A stretch of DNA of 56,120 nucleotides from a virus (taxonomy: Duplodnaviria; Caudoviricetes), in IMG/VR virus record IMGVR_UViG_3300021376_000071, positions 1 to 56,120 of that record; one strand, written 5' to 3'. Positions 40,292 to 49,822 of the stretch are shown piece by piece; position 1 is the stretch's first letter; each line of letters begins with the position of its first letter. The notes below the pieces were generated by a model. The model did not search any database. It was not told the origin of the DNA and worked only from the letters and a program-made list of their open reading frames with translations. The translations under genes were made by a program, and so were the position numbers.

Positions 40292-41887
40292 CTAATTGTT
40301 TACAAAGAAGGGGCTAGAGGTTAGGACGACTTCAGGCATTACCAGGTCCTTGGTCAAGGAACAGGCAATAGCCAAAGAATCAACATAGTCATCATGGGCA
40401 TAAGATTCGTCTGGTGCTTTAACTATGAAGTTAGGTCCTTTGAAATGAACCTCTGCGTCCACCATCTGTTGATAAAAACGCTTCCAACTACGTAAACGAC
40501 GTGTTTTTGCATGTGCTGGGAATCCCAACATACGGCGTTGAATTAAGGCTTGCAGATGCTTCCATCTTGTAGATTGTTCAGACTGGCTGGAAGTAATAGG
40601 TGCTACTTCTGCTCTTGGAATCAACACCTTTAATCTTTGAGCAACAGCGTCACCAACACCGTTGGCATCTACTCCAATAGCAAGTACGTCGTAATTACTT
40701 AAGAAGTTGACTATCTGGAAGTACTGCTCTTCCCAATCCTCGTTTTGTAGTTCTAACCAGTTTAAAACTCGATGTTCAAAATAACCAAACTCATCTGGTC
40801 TATCCCAATCAACCCAAACAACCGTTACGACTGTAGAGTCCATCTTACGTGCAGGGTCAATACCTACCACTACAGGAGTCTTGTGCCATACCTTTACAAC
40901 TTCTTGAGACGTATCTCCAAGTTCATCCATAATTCCAGAGGTAACAAACATTCCACGTTCTAACAACCATTTACAGTTGTAAGACATCTGAAACTCGTCT
41001 GAGTCTTCACCAATACGGAGCATTTCTTTCTTAATAAATTTTTGATAGTTCTCGTTAAATTTTGATACGTCTTTCCAGTCCCATTGGAAATGATTTTGAC
41101 GAGAACTACGTCCTGTCTGTCGACGTTTGTTTAATTGAATACTTCTATAGAAGTTGTTTTTATTAGTTGTAGGAGTTCCTGCTTTAACCATGGTTCCTGC
41201 GTAATATGCAAGCATCGGGCTGATGGATTTAGAGACTACAAAGTCGTCTGCTTCTTGACACTCATCAATAACTATTAAGTGGAAGGACTTAGACTCAATC
41301 TTTGCACGAGGGTTTGCAGTCATCATCGTCAAAGTAGAGCCAGAATTCTTTAACTTAACCATGCGTGTTACTCCGCCAATTCTTGCAGCGGAATCGTCAA
41401 TTTCTGGGTCACCTAAAACCTCAAGTGCACGGTTAGACGTTAGTCGCGTAACTGTTCTACCAAATAGTGTTTCAGCCTGTGACTCAGTTGGAGCAAACAA
41501 TCCAACCCATAATCCATCTTTAAATTTACTTAGTAGGTCTGGATACAACTTTGCAAGACGTGGAAGAAGAATCATCAACGTAGCAACAGTGTCTGCAACA
41601 GTTTCTGATTTACCTGACTGACGTGCAGCAAGTGCTGTTATTTCTTCACCATCGTTTATAAGAACAGACTCAATCATTCTTTTTGCTAATGGTTTTTGAT
41701 ATGCGTGAAGGTCATGACCAACAAGAACAACTAAAAACTGAAGTATCTTTTCAATGAGTTTATTTACAAACTCTTGAGACAGTTCATCTAACTGTTCAAA
41801 CTCTTCGTCAATAGAAACATCATCTTCTTCTGCATAAAACTCAGGAGTGATTTCCTCGAATTGTTTATCATTAAAATCTATTGGCAT
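40292..41887 (-). CDS. terL: terminase large subunit
   Basis: Walker A ARQSGKS, Walker B IVIDE, nuclease GIDPAR..DSTV and HDDYVDS. Confidence 0.95.
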   Translation of the reverse strand: MPIDFNDKQFEEITPEFYAEEDDVSIDEEFEQLDELSQEFVNKLIEKILQFLVVLVGHDLHAYQKPLAKRMIESVLINDGEEITALAARQSGKSETVADTVATLMILLPRLAKLYPDLLSKFKDGLWVGLFAPTESQAETLFGRTVTRLTSNRALEVLGDPEIDDSAARIGGVTRMVKLKNSGSTLTMMTANPRAKIESKSFHLIVIDECQEADDFVVSKSISPMLAYYAGTMVKAGTPTTNKNNFYRSIQLNKRRQTGRSSRQNHFQWDWKDVSKFNENYQKFIKKEMLRIGEDSDEFQMSYNCKWLLERGMFVTSGIMDELGDTSQEVVKVWHKTPVVVGIDPARKMDSTVVTVVWVDWDRPDEFGYFEHRVLNWLELQNEDWEEQYFQIVNFLSNYDVLAIGVDANGVGDAVAQRLKVLIPRAEVAPITSSQSEQSTRWKHLQALIQRRMLGFPAHAKTRRLRSWKRFYQQMVDAEVHFKGPNFIVKAPDESYAHDDYVDSLAIACSLTKDLVMPEVVLTSSPFFVNN

Positions 41888-41905
41888 TTGTTCCTAAACA
41901 GAGTA

Positions 41906-41926
41906 GCCCAACGATTTACGTTGGGC
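41906..41926. promoter_or_regulatory. hairpin in the terminase leader
   Basis: GCCCAACG-attta-CGTTGGGC, about 18 nt upstream of the terL start. Confidence 0.45.
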
Positions 41927-41981
41927 AACCCCGCGTCTGAGAGAGGGAGACAGGATAATCATAACAAACACAATAACAAAT

Positions 41982-42212
41982 TCAACGTCGTTTTAGTTCT
42001 TTAATAATTTCGTGTAGAACTTCTGCACCCATTTCGGCATCGTTTAGCAATGCCTTTTCATTAGTACGCATCCATGTGGTTACTTCTTTACCAATTACAA
42101 ACAGAGCATTTTCTGCCCATGTAATTAACTCTGGTGTAGGTAGTTTAGAGATACGTTTCTGAATCTTGGTCTGGGGCTGGTTTCCATCCCGCTTCTTCCG
42201 TAAAATCATCAT
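41982..42212 (-). CDS. hypothetical protein (helical)
   Basis: 76-aa ORF directly upstream of terL. Confidence 0.6.
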   Translation of the reverse strand: MMILRKKRDGNQPQTKIQKRISKLPTPELITWAENALFVIGKEVTTWMRTNEKALLNDAEMGAEVLHEIIKELKRR

Positions 42213-42453
42213 AAGTTAGGTCCCTCCTAGATACGGCTAAGTTTAACGCTTCTTCTTCCTCTTTTGTACCCTCCCACTTACCCACTACTAAAATTTTGTT
42301 GCGGAACAGTTTTATAAGGGTTGGGGAAGCGTATCTATAAGGCGGGTTTATTTCTTGAGTCCAGCCTTTTGAAGTTCGTTTACCTTCCCATTTCAACGGT
42401 TGGTTGATGAGTTGAACAAATCTGTGTGGTCCGAGTGGTAGTAGTTTTGGCAT
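42145..42453 (-). CDS. hypothetical protein
   Basis: 102-aa ORF in the operon. Confidence 0.6.
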   Translation of the reverse strand: MPKLLPLGPHRFVQLINQPLKWEGKRTSKGWTQEINPPYRYASPTLIKLFRNKILVVGKWEGTKEEEEALNLAVSRRDLTYDDFTEEAGWKPAPDQDSETYL

Positions 42454-42455
42454 AC

Positions 42456-43265
42456 CTATCTGCTTCTCTTGCGATTTCCTTTACCAGACTTTAGTGCAGA
42501 ACGATTTGGTTTGCTTGCTTTAGTTTTAGGTAGTTTTTTTGCCTGAGCGTTTCTTTGCCCTCTGTAAAGACGAGACTCATCCATAGCGGACTGTTTGCCC
42601 TGGAAGTAAATCTGGGTAGTACGAACGACACGGTACAAAGTCTCACGAGCAAGAGGTGTGAAACTTCCTATGTCTGCAGAACCACGAGGCTTGCCATCTA
42701 AGACCTCACGGATATAGCAACCCTTACAGGTACGGGCTTTAAATGCTGCCCACTCAGATGGGCTAACTTCGTAATAGTTATAAAACAGTCCGTCTCTAAA
42801 CACGACGGTAAGAACGCCACGTGACTTCTCATAACCAGCAGCAACTGTGCGTGGTCTTTGATAATTAGTTGTAGATGTTGGGACTACAGAAAGCGGAGCA
42901 GGAGCGTCGTAATCATCACGTGCTTCATCTGCATAGTTTGGATAGTAATAAGGTTCGTAGTAATCACCAGATGTTAAATCTTCACTTAGGTACTCTGACT
43001 CATCATCATCGTCGTAAATTGCAAGGGCTTCAAATGTTCCAGAACCAATTGCTACTGGAAGACCTTGGAATGGGTTTACAGAGCGATTTTTTAGTTCTCC
43101 AGAGTCGTAAGTTCCAAGTAGTCGACGGAAATCAGATTGTTCACGGTCATTAAGACCAATGCCGTAAGTAGAAGTGGCGGGGTCCAAGAAACCATAGAGT
43201 TCCTCAGAGGAAGGCAACACAGGTGCTGCTTTCTTCTTCGGTCCTTGGTTCATGGACCTCGCCAC
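42456..43265 (-). CDS. KTSC-domain protein
   Basis: VAAGYEKSRGVLTVVFRDGLFYNYYEVSPSEWAAFKARTCKGCYIRE; acidic linker, basic tails. Confidence 0.75.
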   Translation of the reverse strand: MARSMNQGPKKKAAPVLPSSEELYGFLDPATSTYGIGLNDREQSDFRRLLGTYDSGELKNRSVNPFQGLPVAIGSGTFEALAIYDDDDESEYLSEDLTSGDYYEPYYYPNYADEARDDYDAPAPLSVVPTSTTNYQRPRTVAAGYEKSRGVLTVVFRDGLFYNYYEVSPSEWAAFKARTCKGCYIREVLDGKPRGSADIGSFTPLARETLYRVVRTTQIYFQGKQSAMDESRLYRGQRNAQAKKLPKTKASKPNRSALKSGKGNRKRSR

Positions 43266-43279
43266 CGTAACTCCTTAAA

Positions 43280-43975
43280 TTAAGACGCTGTTGCGTATGG
43301 AGTAATTGTAACTGCTGCGGCAGGAGCGATGTTGTTTGCTCCAGCAGCAAGTGACTGTGTTTTGATTGTTGCACCTTTACCAGCAAGAGTTCCAGTTGCG
43401 TTGATACCTGTTGTATCAGCGACTGTAAATCCTGAACCAGAAATGGTGATTTGATTTGCTGTTGAAGCGGATGTAACTGTGAAAGTACCAACAAGAGCAG
43501 TAGGGACGTTTACAGGTGATTCTCCTGCAGCAGTTCCTGCAAAGATTTCAACCTTAGTTCCTACTGGATAATTGGTGTTTGCACTGGTTGCAAAAACTAC
43601 TGCAACTGTTGCACTTGTAGCATTAATACGAGTGATGTCTGTCTTGGCATTTGCTGCAGCAGAGGCTGTAGTTACTGTCAAGGAAGCATCCTTCATTGCA
43701 TCTTGTGCAAGAGCAGTTGTAAGACCAAGTACGCTTGGTACGAGTACGTAGTTAGTTGGTCCTGCTACGTCTTCACCAGGGGTATTGGCTACAAATTGTG
43801 GATACCCTCCCCATCCTGAAAGAGCGATGATGTGGTTATCAAGTGCTGGGTCTAGACGGTTAGCCAACGCGTCTGGACGAGCATCATTTGGCTGCATCGG
43901 CATGTTACCCCAAACGAAGTCGATTGCGACCTCACCTGCGGTATCAAGAAGATTGCCGTTATTGTTTACTGCCAT
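43280..43975 (-). CDS. PASTA-like domain protein (probably virion-associated)
   Basis: VPSVLGLTTALAQDAMKDASL ... GATIKTQSLAAG..AAAVTITPY, with an internal beta-rich insert. Confidence 0.6.
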   Translation of the reverse strand: MAVNNNGNLLDTAGEVAIDFVWGNMPMQPNDARPDALANRLDPALDNHIIALSGWGGYPQFVANTPGEDVAGPTNYVLVPSVLGLTTALAQDAMKDASLTVTTASAAANAKTDITRINATSATVAVVFATSANTNYPVGTKVEIFAGTAAGESPVNVPTALVGTFTVTSASTANQITISGSGFTVADTTGINATGTLAGKGATIKTQSLAAGANNIAPAAAVTITPYATAS

Positions 43976-44211
43976 TCTTTTATTTCCTCACATTCATGAA
44001 TGTCAAGTCCTGCTCTGTATAACACCTCGCCACAGTCGCGACATCTGAAGAGGCGAACATCATCAAGTGCTTCGTGTAAGGAGTCCGAATGTTCGATGCT
44101 GCTTTCCATCTCAGGTTGTTTTAAAACCTCAGGAGGAAAGGGTCCTACAGGGTGGTGGGACTTAGCAGGGACGGGATGTCCTTGCACTGCAAATTTTCTA
44201 ATAAGTTTCAT
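43966..44211 (-). CDS. small Zn-binding protein
   Basis: FRCRDCGE..HEC. Confidence 0.6.
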   Translation of the reverse strand: MKLIRKFAVQGHPVPAKSHHPVGPFPPEVLKQPEMESSIEHSDSLHEALDDVRLFRCRDCGEVLYRAGLDIHECEEIKEWQ

Positions 44212-44492
44212 TTTGCATCAGGCTCAACTGCTGACGCTTTTTTTACTGCTTTCTTAGCAGGAGCCTTTTCTACAGATGGCTCAGGTTCAGGAGTTGCTTC
44301 TGATGCTTTTGGAAGAAGGTCCATCGCTTCTTTAACTGATTTGGCTTTAGAAGCAGCAACCGTCAAATGTCCAGCCTTCATAACTGGAATTAAAAATGAC
44401 GGCAAACAACGTACACAATAAGGAATTGATGTACTTTCTGATGGTTGGTAAATATATGCAGCGTCGTTTGAACAGTTTGCACACTTGTTCAT
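44208..44492 (-). CDS. Zn-binding protein with H1-like basic tail
   Basis: CANC..YCVRC; KAPAKKAVKK. Confidence 0.65.
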   Translation of the reverse strand: MNKCANCSNDAAYIYQPSESTSIPYCVRCLPSFLIPVMKAGHLTVAASKAKSVKEAMDLLPKASEATPEPEPSVEKAPAKKAVKKASAVEPDAK

Positions 44493-44502
44493 TTAGTACT
44501 CC

Positions 44503-44787
44503 TTAACAATCCCATTTGCGTAATGCTAATGCTTTACGTGTTGGTTTTCCGTTCTTCTCCATTGGTCCTGGCATGCCACCCATACGTGCACAAAACGATT
44601 TGCGACGATTAGCAGACTTTTTTGATTTCTTTGCTTGAGCAGCAGAAACTGGTGGCTTTAAATTAGAGCCAGGGTTCTGACGTTCATAGGACTTACGTCC
44701 CTTTTCATTTAAACCGCCTTTTGAATTCTTGCCCTCTTTACGAGTCCAAGCAGCAGTTTTATGAGAAGACTTTTTCTTATTTGCCAC
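44503..44787 (-). CDS. small basic protein (DUF6321-like)
   Basis: GGLNEKGR..RRKSFCARMGG..ALALRKWDC; probable GTG start at 44787. Confidence 0.7.
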   Translation of the reverse strand: MANKKKSSHKTAAWTRKEGKNSKGGLNEKGRKSYERQNPGSNLKPPVSAAQAKKSKKSANRRKSFCARMGGMPGPMEKNGKPTRKALALRKWDC

Positions 44788-44908
44788 TTGTCTTCTTCTT
44801 GCCTTTACGAAGGGCTTTGAAGTCAGCAGCGTCAATTGCTTTCTTGTTACCTGCAACTGATGCAATTTTCATTTGCTTTGCTGTAAGTGGTTTTTTCTTA
44901 GTTGCCAT
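44777..44908 (-). CDS. tiny basic protein
   Basis: Manual: MATKKKPLTAKQMKIASVAGNKKAIDAADFKALRKGKKKTSGK; AGGAG RBS. Confidence 0.65.
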   Translation of the reverse strand: MATKKKPLTAKQMKIASVAGNKKAIDAADFKALRKGKKKTSGK

Positions 44909-45561
44909 TATTTGCTCCTAGGTTTACGGGCTGCTTTAGGTGTTGCCTTTGCAGCGGGGGTTGATGTAGGTGTGTAAGCGGGATTACGTTTCGCACGTCC
45001 TGTCTTAGGGTCACGAATTACTGGTGCAACTTTAGTTGTTCCACTTGGAACCTCTGGAGTTTTAGTAGAACGTTGCGGAGTTGTAGGTGCTACTTGAGTA
45101 GGCTGACCTGGTGTTGCTGAAGAACGACGACGAGTAGTTGGTTTGTTGTATGCAATTTTCATACCGCCTTGACCATCAGTTTCAAAAGTGCTTACACGTT
45201 TTCCTTTGCCAAGACGTTCAACACCAGCAAATGCCGTATTTGCTTTTAGTACGTCACCAGCAATACCAAGACGTTGAGTAGCAAGTTCATGCTTACGTTT
45301 TGCTCGTCCTTCACTCTTTGCATGCTTCATGCCTTGTTGAGCCATAGTCATTGCATGACCTTGTTTTGACTCTAACATACCTCGTTCATGACCGAACTTA
45401 CGTTCGTCACGTATGCTCTGTAGTTCATGACCAACAACCATGGTACGTAGTTCTTGGTTTCTCTTAATTCTTTTATCAAATACTCCAGAAACTGCACCCT
45501 GCAATGGAGCAAGAATATTTGGATTACCTGAAGGTGCGCCAAACTGTTGTTGATTAATCAT
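44908..45561 (-). CDS. basic hypothetical protein
   Basis: 217 aa, HE-rich helical middle, Pro/Thr/Lys-rich tail. Confidence 0.65.
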   Translation of the reverse strand: MINQQQFGAPSGNPNILAPLQGAVSGVFDKRIKRNQELRTMVVGHELQSIRDERKFGHERGMLESKQGHAMTMAQQGMKHAKSEGRAKRKHELATQRLGIAGDVLKANTAFAGVERLGKGKRVSTFETDGQGGMKIAYNKPTTRRRSSATPGQPTQVAPTTPQRSTKTPEVPSGTTKVAPVIRDPKTGRAKRNPAYTPTSTPAAKATPKAARKPRSK

Positions 45562-45566
45562 GGGCC

Positions 45567-45941
45567 CTATTCTCCCCTGCTTTTAGTTTTTTTGGTGCTA
45601 AGTGCTTTTATAGCCTCAAGAATAATTACGTGGTTCTGTTGGCGGGCTACCTCTGCCTCTTCCAACTTCTGTTCTAGCCTGTTCTGACGCTTTTCAATAC
45701 GTTGGACAGTATCTTTTAGGGACTTACCCCCGTTATTGGATAGTTCCCCATCCAGTTTATTTAAACGCTCCATAACGCCTGGAGTAGCGTCTCTACCTAT
45801 TGCTGCTTCTTCCCCTTCCCAATCTCTCATGAAACTATGCCATGTACCAAACAAGATATTCAACTTTCTAATAAACCAACCCAAGATGGCTCCTCCACCA
45901 AGAACGATGCCAATAATTATCGACGTAGTTTCTAGAGCCAT
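45567..45941 (-). CDS. membrane protein of actinophage lysis-cassette type
   Basis: N-terminal TM, GVMERL..NNGGKSLKD motif, coiled coil. Confidence 0.7.
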   Translation of the reverse strand: MALETTSIIIGIVLGGGAILGWFIRKLNILFGTWHSFMRDWEGEEAAIGRDATPGVMERLNKLDGELSNNGGKSLKDTVQRIEKRQNRLEQKLEEAEVARQQNHVIILEAIKALSTKKTKSRGE

Positions 45942-45953
45942 CTTGTGTAGACC

Positions 45954-46244
45954 TTACTTAACTGATTTTTTTGCTGGTGCTTTTTTAGCGGCAGATGAAA
46001 GTTTCTTCTCCGCTTCTTTTGCTACGGCTGTTGCTACGCGACCAAATGCTGGGTCTTTTTTATTTGCCCAACGAAGTGCTGTTGGAATTATTGAACCCCA
46101 CAATGCGTTTGCTACAAGTAGCCACTCTCCTGAACCAAAATCAAGTGGACTTGAAATTCCGCTTGTTTGGGTAACAATCATCACTGCTGCAATTACTTGG
46201 CCTAGCAAGTTGCGAGCATACGATTCAATTGCTGATTTGTTCAT
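45954..46244 (-). CDS. putative holin
   Basis: ESYARNLL, 2 TM, PTALRWANKKDPAFG, basic tail. Confidence 0.65.
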   Translation of the reverse strand: MNKSAIESYARNLLGQVIAAVMIVTQTSGISSPLDFGSGEWLLVANALWGSIIPTALRWANKKDPAFGRVATAVAKEAEKKLSSAAKKAPAKKSVK

Positions 46245-46284
46245 TTATATCTCCTAAATGTGTCAGTTAGACACAGATGAAAGT

Positions 46285-46452
46285 CTAATCCTCTTCTTTA
46301 TTTCTCAATGGGTAAGTAATTCCCCAAAGAACAATTGTTCCCAAAGTTGCCCAGCCAACAACGGTCTTTGCAGACCCATCAAGCACAACCCAGGCAATAA
46401 ACATTCCTAGAAGTGTCCAGGACTGTTCAAGAAAGTCTTTCAGTATTTTCAA
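46285..46452 (-). CDS. small 2-TM membrane protein
   Basis: Manual (TTG start overlapping the upstream stop): [55 protein letters not shown]. Confidence 0.65.
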   Translation of the reverse strand: MKILKDFLEQSWTLLGMFIAWVVLDGSAKTVVGWATLGTIVLWGITYPLRNKEED

Positions 46453-49157
46453 GGTTTGCGTCTCCTAACGCCCTTCAACTCGCCAGTGGGCCCACCGCCA
46501 CCAGAACTTCCTCCACCTGAAGGTGCAGATAGAGCACTACCACCAGTTGCTAGTCCGACTGCGTTTAGTGCTGCACCTGTAGCAACGACAGTGGCAACAA
46601 CCATTTTGGTTGCCTCTTCACGTTCTTCTGGTGACATATCTGCGCCAATGCTTCCAAGTGCAAGAAGAACTTGACCTGGGTCTTCAAATATTGCGCCTAA
46701 TAGTTCTGCGGGGTTTTGTAACACCTCTAATGCTGCAGCAACTTCTGCAGTAATTATGACAGCATTTCCATTTTCGTCAGTGCGAACATCTACTGGCGTA
46801 GCAGGTGGCAAGTCTTCGTATGTAATTCCTGCTTCTTTAATTGCTTCTGAAGACAACGCTTCGCCTGGTGCTAAAGAAGATACAAGTGCCTCAACCACAG
46901 CAGCCTTTTCTTCAGCCGTTAAATTTCCGTCAGCCAATGCTTCACTTATTACAGTTTCGAGTGTAGTCTCAGAGGATGATTCTTCGGACTGACTTTCTTG
47001 CACTGGGGCTTCTGTCTCTGGTTTTTCTGGTTCTACTGGTTGTTGTTCTTCCTCAGTGGAAGACTCTTCATCGGACGTTCCGTCGTCTTCTGTTGGGGTT
47101 GTCTCTGACGATTCCTCTTCTGTGGGTGTCGATGGTTCTTCTGTTTCAGGCTCAGTAGGTTCTGATGGTTGTTCTTCCTCTGTTTGACCTGAATCAGAAG
47201 GCTCTTCTTCATTATCAGAAGGTGACTCCTCAGGTTGCTCAGGCTGCTCAGGCTCTGGCTCTGTCTCAGGGTCGACAGAAGGTGGCTCTTCAGGATTTAC
47301 TTCAGGTTCAGGCTCAGGAGTAGGTTCTGGTGAAGAAGGTTCTGGCGTTGGCTCTGGTTGTGGTGTTGGCTCTGGTTGCGGCTGTGGTTGTGGTTCGGGA
47401 GTTGGCTCAGGCGTTGGAGTCGTTGGAGTTTGAGGAGGAATAGGTGTCGGAGTTGGTTCTGGGTTTGGTGTTGGGTTTGGTGTTGGGGTTGGCTCTGGCT
47501 GTGGTTGTGGGGTTGGTTGTGGGGTTGGCTCTGGTGAGGGCGTGGGAGCAGGATTGGGCGGAACGACTTGGGATTGCTGAACAGAAGCAATTACGGCAAT
47601 GGCTGAAGAAACTGTGGAAGTAGCCTCATCCGCTTTTTGAACTGCTGTGTTTGCTGCTGCATCTGCAGTTGCTAATGCGGTTGTTGCTGCTGCATCTGCT
47701 TGTGTTTTTTCTGTTTGAGCATTTGTTAAATTTGTTTGAGCAGTAGTTAACGTAGATTGGAGGGTATTTAGTGTTTGAGTTTCTGTTGTTAATGTGGTCT
47801 GAGATGTTGCAAGTGCTGTCTCTGCTGCTGTTTTCTCTCCCTCTTTAACTGCTAACACTGCGGTTTCTGTAGTAACTGTTGCTTCTGCTGCTTGTAATGT
47901 GGCTACTTGTTGTGGCGTAGCAGAACTTTGAGAAAACTCAGACCCTGGAATTATTTCCCACCCACTTCCTGTATAACGCATTAAAGCAACGTGAGCACCA
48001 CCGCCATTTTCGTAATACCAAAAAACAAACTCTTTTTTAGTGCCAGCAGTAGTTGCTACATCTGCGGTGGAGCCTCCTCCACCCTTGTCAACCCAATCGT
48101 TAATAACTAACTGACCATCTAGATATAAGCGAACACCATCATCTGCGGGGGCATGTAAGTATTGAGTACCTGTAGTCTGCGGAGTCCATTGACCAGAGTA
48201 CTTAACAATTACATCCTCTGACCTATTAGAACCAGCAACGTTACCGAGTCCCCATTGTTCATTTATTCCATTGGTATCGGTTGTAGTGTGAATAGGAGAT
48301 GCTCCTGCAGGGAGAACTGGAGAAGCGTTTTGCCCTAATACGTTGTACACCTCAACCTTTAGACCTGGTTGAGTAGCAGCGTCTACCACGGCTTGTGCTG
48401 CTGCTTCTGTAACTACTGCTTGAGTTACTACGGCTTGTTGAGTTGAAACAGCAACTGTTGCTACATTTACATCTTCTTGACGAGCAGCGACTACTGCTGT
48501 TGCTGATGCGACTACTGGAACCTGTGTGTCTACCGCACTTTGAGCAACAGCCACTACTTGAGTTTTGTCTGCAACAACTGCTGTAGCAGTTTCTGCAATT
48601 GCTACCGCAACAGACGCTGAGTCAGATGCAGCCACTGCTGCAACAATGGCAGTCTGTGCTTCTTCAATTCTTGCTTGAGCAGTTGCTACCGCTGCTACAA
48701 CCGTTGTATCGGAAGATACTGGAGTTGGAAGATTAGTTGTGGCAGTATTTAGGTCTTGTTGGGCTTGTGTAGTTGTTACATTTGCAGACTCAATTTTATT
48801 TTCAACGGAGGTGACTGATGGACTTTCAGACGTGGCAGGAGTGGGCGTGGACTGCGTTGTGCTTGGGGACGGGGATTGTTCTGGGGACGGTGTGGACACG
48901 GGAGCCGTTGAAGTCGAAGGTGAAGGCTCTGCAGTCACTGTTGGCTCAGGAGCGGGTGAAGAACTTGGACTTGGTTCAGGAGTTGAAGTTTGCGAAGGCG
49001 AAGGTGTTGGCTCAGGACTCTGACTTGGAGCGGATGAGGTCGAAGTGGTTGTGGAGGGAGTAACTTCCTCTGCATACGTCGTCTCTGTTCGCATAATCGT
49101 GTAAACGAAAGCAAGTAAGAGAACAGCAAAAAATTGTTTAATTGCTTTCGGTAGCAA
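46449..49157 (-). CDS. secreted, membrane-anchored PA14-domain protein with S/T/P-rich, Ala/Val/Thr helical and PEP/acidic repeat regions
   Basis: Signal peptide (..TTYA|EE); PA14 motif [26 protein letters not shown]; C-terminal hydrophobic helix followed by RRRKP. Confidence 0.75.
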   Translation of the reverse strand: MLPKAIKQFFAVLLLAFVYTIMRTETTYAEEVTPSTTTSTSSAPSQSPEPTPSPSQTSTPEPSPSSSPAPEPTVTAEPSPSTSTAPVSTPSPEQSPSPSTTQSTPTPATSESPSVTSVENKIESANVTTTQAQQDLNTATTNLPTPVSSDTTVVAAVATAQARIEEAQTAIVAAVAASDSASVAVAIAETATAVVADKTQVVAVAQSAVDTQVPVVASATAVVAARQEDVNVATVAVSTQQAVVTQAVVTEAAAQAVVDAATQPGLKVEVYNVLGQNASPVLPAGASPIHTTTDTNGINEQWGLGNVAGSNRSEDVIVKYSGQWTPQTTGTQYLHAPADDGVRLYLDGQLVINDWVDKGGGGSTADVATTAGTKKEFVFWYYENGGGAHVALMRYTGSGWEIIPGSEFSQSSATPQQVATLQAAEATVTTETAVLAVKEGEKTAAETALATSQTTLTTETQTLNTLQSTLTTAQTNLTNAQTEKTQADAAATTALATADAAANTAVQKADEATSTVSSAIAVIASVQQSQVVPPNPAPTPSPEPTPQPTPQPQPEPTPTPNPTPNPEPTPTPIPPQTPTTPTPEPTPEPQPQPQPEPTPQPEPTPEPSSPEPTPEPEPEVNPEEPPSVDPETEPEPEQPEQPEESPSDNEEEPSDSGQTEEEQPSEPTEPETEEPSTPTEEESSETTPTEDDGTSDEESSTEEEQQPVEPEKPETEAPVQESQSEESSSETTLETVISEALADGNLTAEEKAAVVEALVSSLAPGEALSSEAIKEAGITYEDLPPATPVDVRTDENGNAVIITAEVAAALEVLQNPAELLGAIFEDPGQVLLALGSIGADMSPEEREEATKMVVATVVATGAALNAVGLATGGSALSAPSGGGSSGGGGPTGELKGVRRRKP

Positions 49158-49174
49158 TTAGAGACACCTCGTGG

Positions 49175-49339
49175 TCAGTTTTTTTGAGGAACCCAGTTAC
49201 GATTAATAATCATTGGGAAAGATTTTCCACTGTTAATGGATTCCCCACGTACACCTTTGCCAGGACTTGACCACGAGATAATAGACGGCTTTTCGACCGA
49301 TTTCATTTGAACGCTTGATAGGTTGGCGTTCGGATTCAT
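49175..49339 (-). CDS. hypothetical small protein
   Basis: Manual: MNPNANLSSVQMKSVEKPSIISWSSPGKGVRGESINSGKSFPMIINRNWVPQKN. Confidence 0.5.
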   Translation of the reverse strand: MNPNANLSSVQMKSVEKPSIISWSSPGKGVRGESINSGKSFPMIINRNWVPQKN

Positions 49340-49359
49340 GTCGTAATTATTACAACACT

Positions 49360-49656
49360 TTACGTATTTGGTGTGCTAAGTGGCGTTGGTTCTATATTTA
49401 AGTTTGGGGCAACATCATCTGCACCCCAAGGTTTTGGTAAATCTTGTTTTGCATTTGGGTCAACATTTGCAAGTGGATTACTTGGTATTGGCATTGGATT
49501 AGGAACTGAGTTTTTCCAATCAGGAGTATTAACAGTCATGTTTGGAATCTCCACGTAGTTATCGTGGATGTCATTAGTAACAGGTGCATTGACTGAGCAA
49601 GCACTGAGTAAAACGGTTATAAGTGGTAGTCCCACTAACATTCGGGTGTTAGTCAT
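49360..49656 (-). CDS. Pro/Asn-rich lipoprotein
   Basis: Signal peptide with LSAC lipobox. Confidence 0.65.
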   Translation of the reverse strand: MTNTRMLVGLPLITVLLSACSVNAPVTNDIHDNYVEIPNMTVNTPDWKNSVPNPMPIPSNPLANVDPNAKQDLPKPWGADDVAPNLNIEPTPLSTPNT

Positions 49657-49664
49657 AATGCTAG

Positions 49665-49695
49665 ATTATAAACCCACTGTTATCAGATAGGTCAA
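49665..49695 (-). promoter_or_regulatory. possible sigma70-type promoter giving a near-leaderless lipoprotein mRNA
   Basis: TTGACC-N19-TATAAT, 8 nt before the ATG at 49656; the spacer is longer than ideal. Confidence 0.4.
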
Positions 49696-49766
49696 GTCGA
49701 CACGAACAAATGTTTGATATGTCTAAAGTTAGGGTATAGACTTCTTTTGCTTCTTCTAAAGAAGTT

Positions 49767-49821
49767 TAAGACCTTAGGCTGTCGGTACAAATGTACCTTT
49801 CGGGGACGGCCTAAGGTCTTA
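49767..49821. terminator. long branched stem-loop
   Basis: TAAGACCTTAGGCTGTC / GACGGCCTAAGGTCTTA 17-bp stem enclosing GGTAC-aaat-GTACC. Confidence 0.55.
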
Positions 49822-49822
49822 T

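Noticed and set aside
47290-47570. Tandem DNA repeats (GGTTGTGG/GGCTC)
   Set aside because: They are explained by the Pro-Glu/Gln/Thr linker of the PA14 protein.
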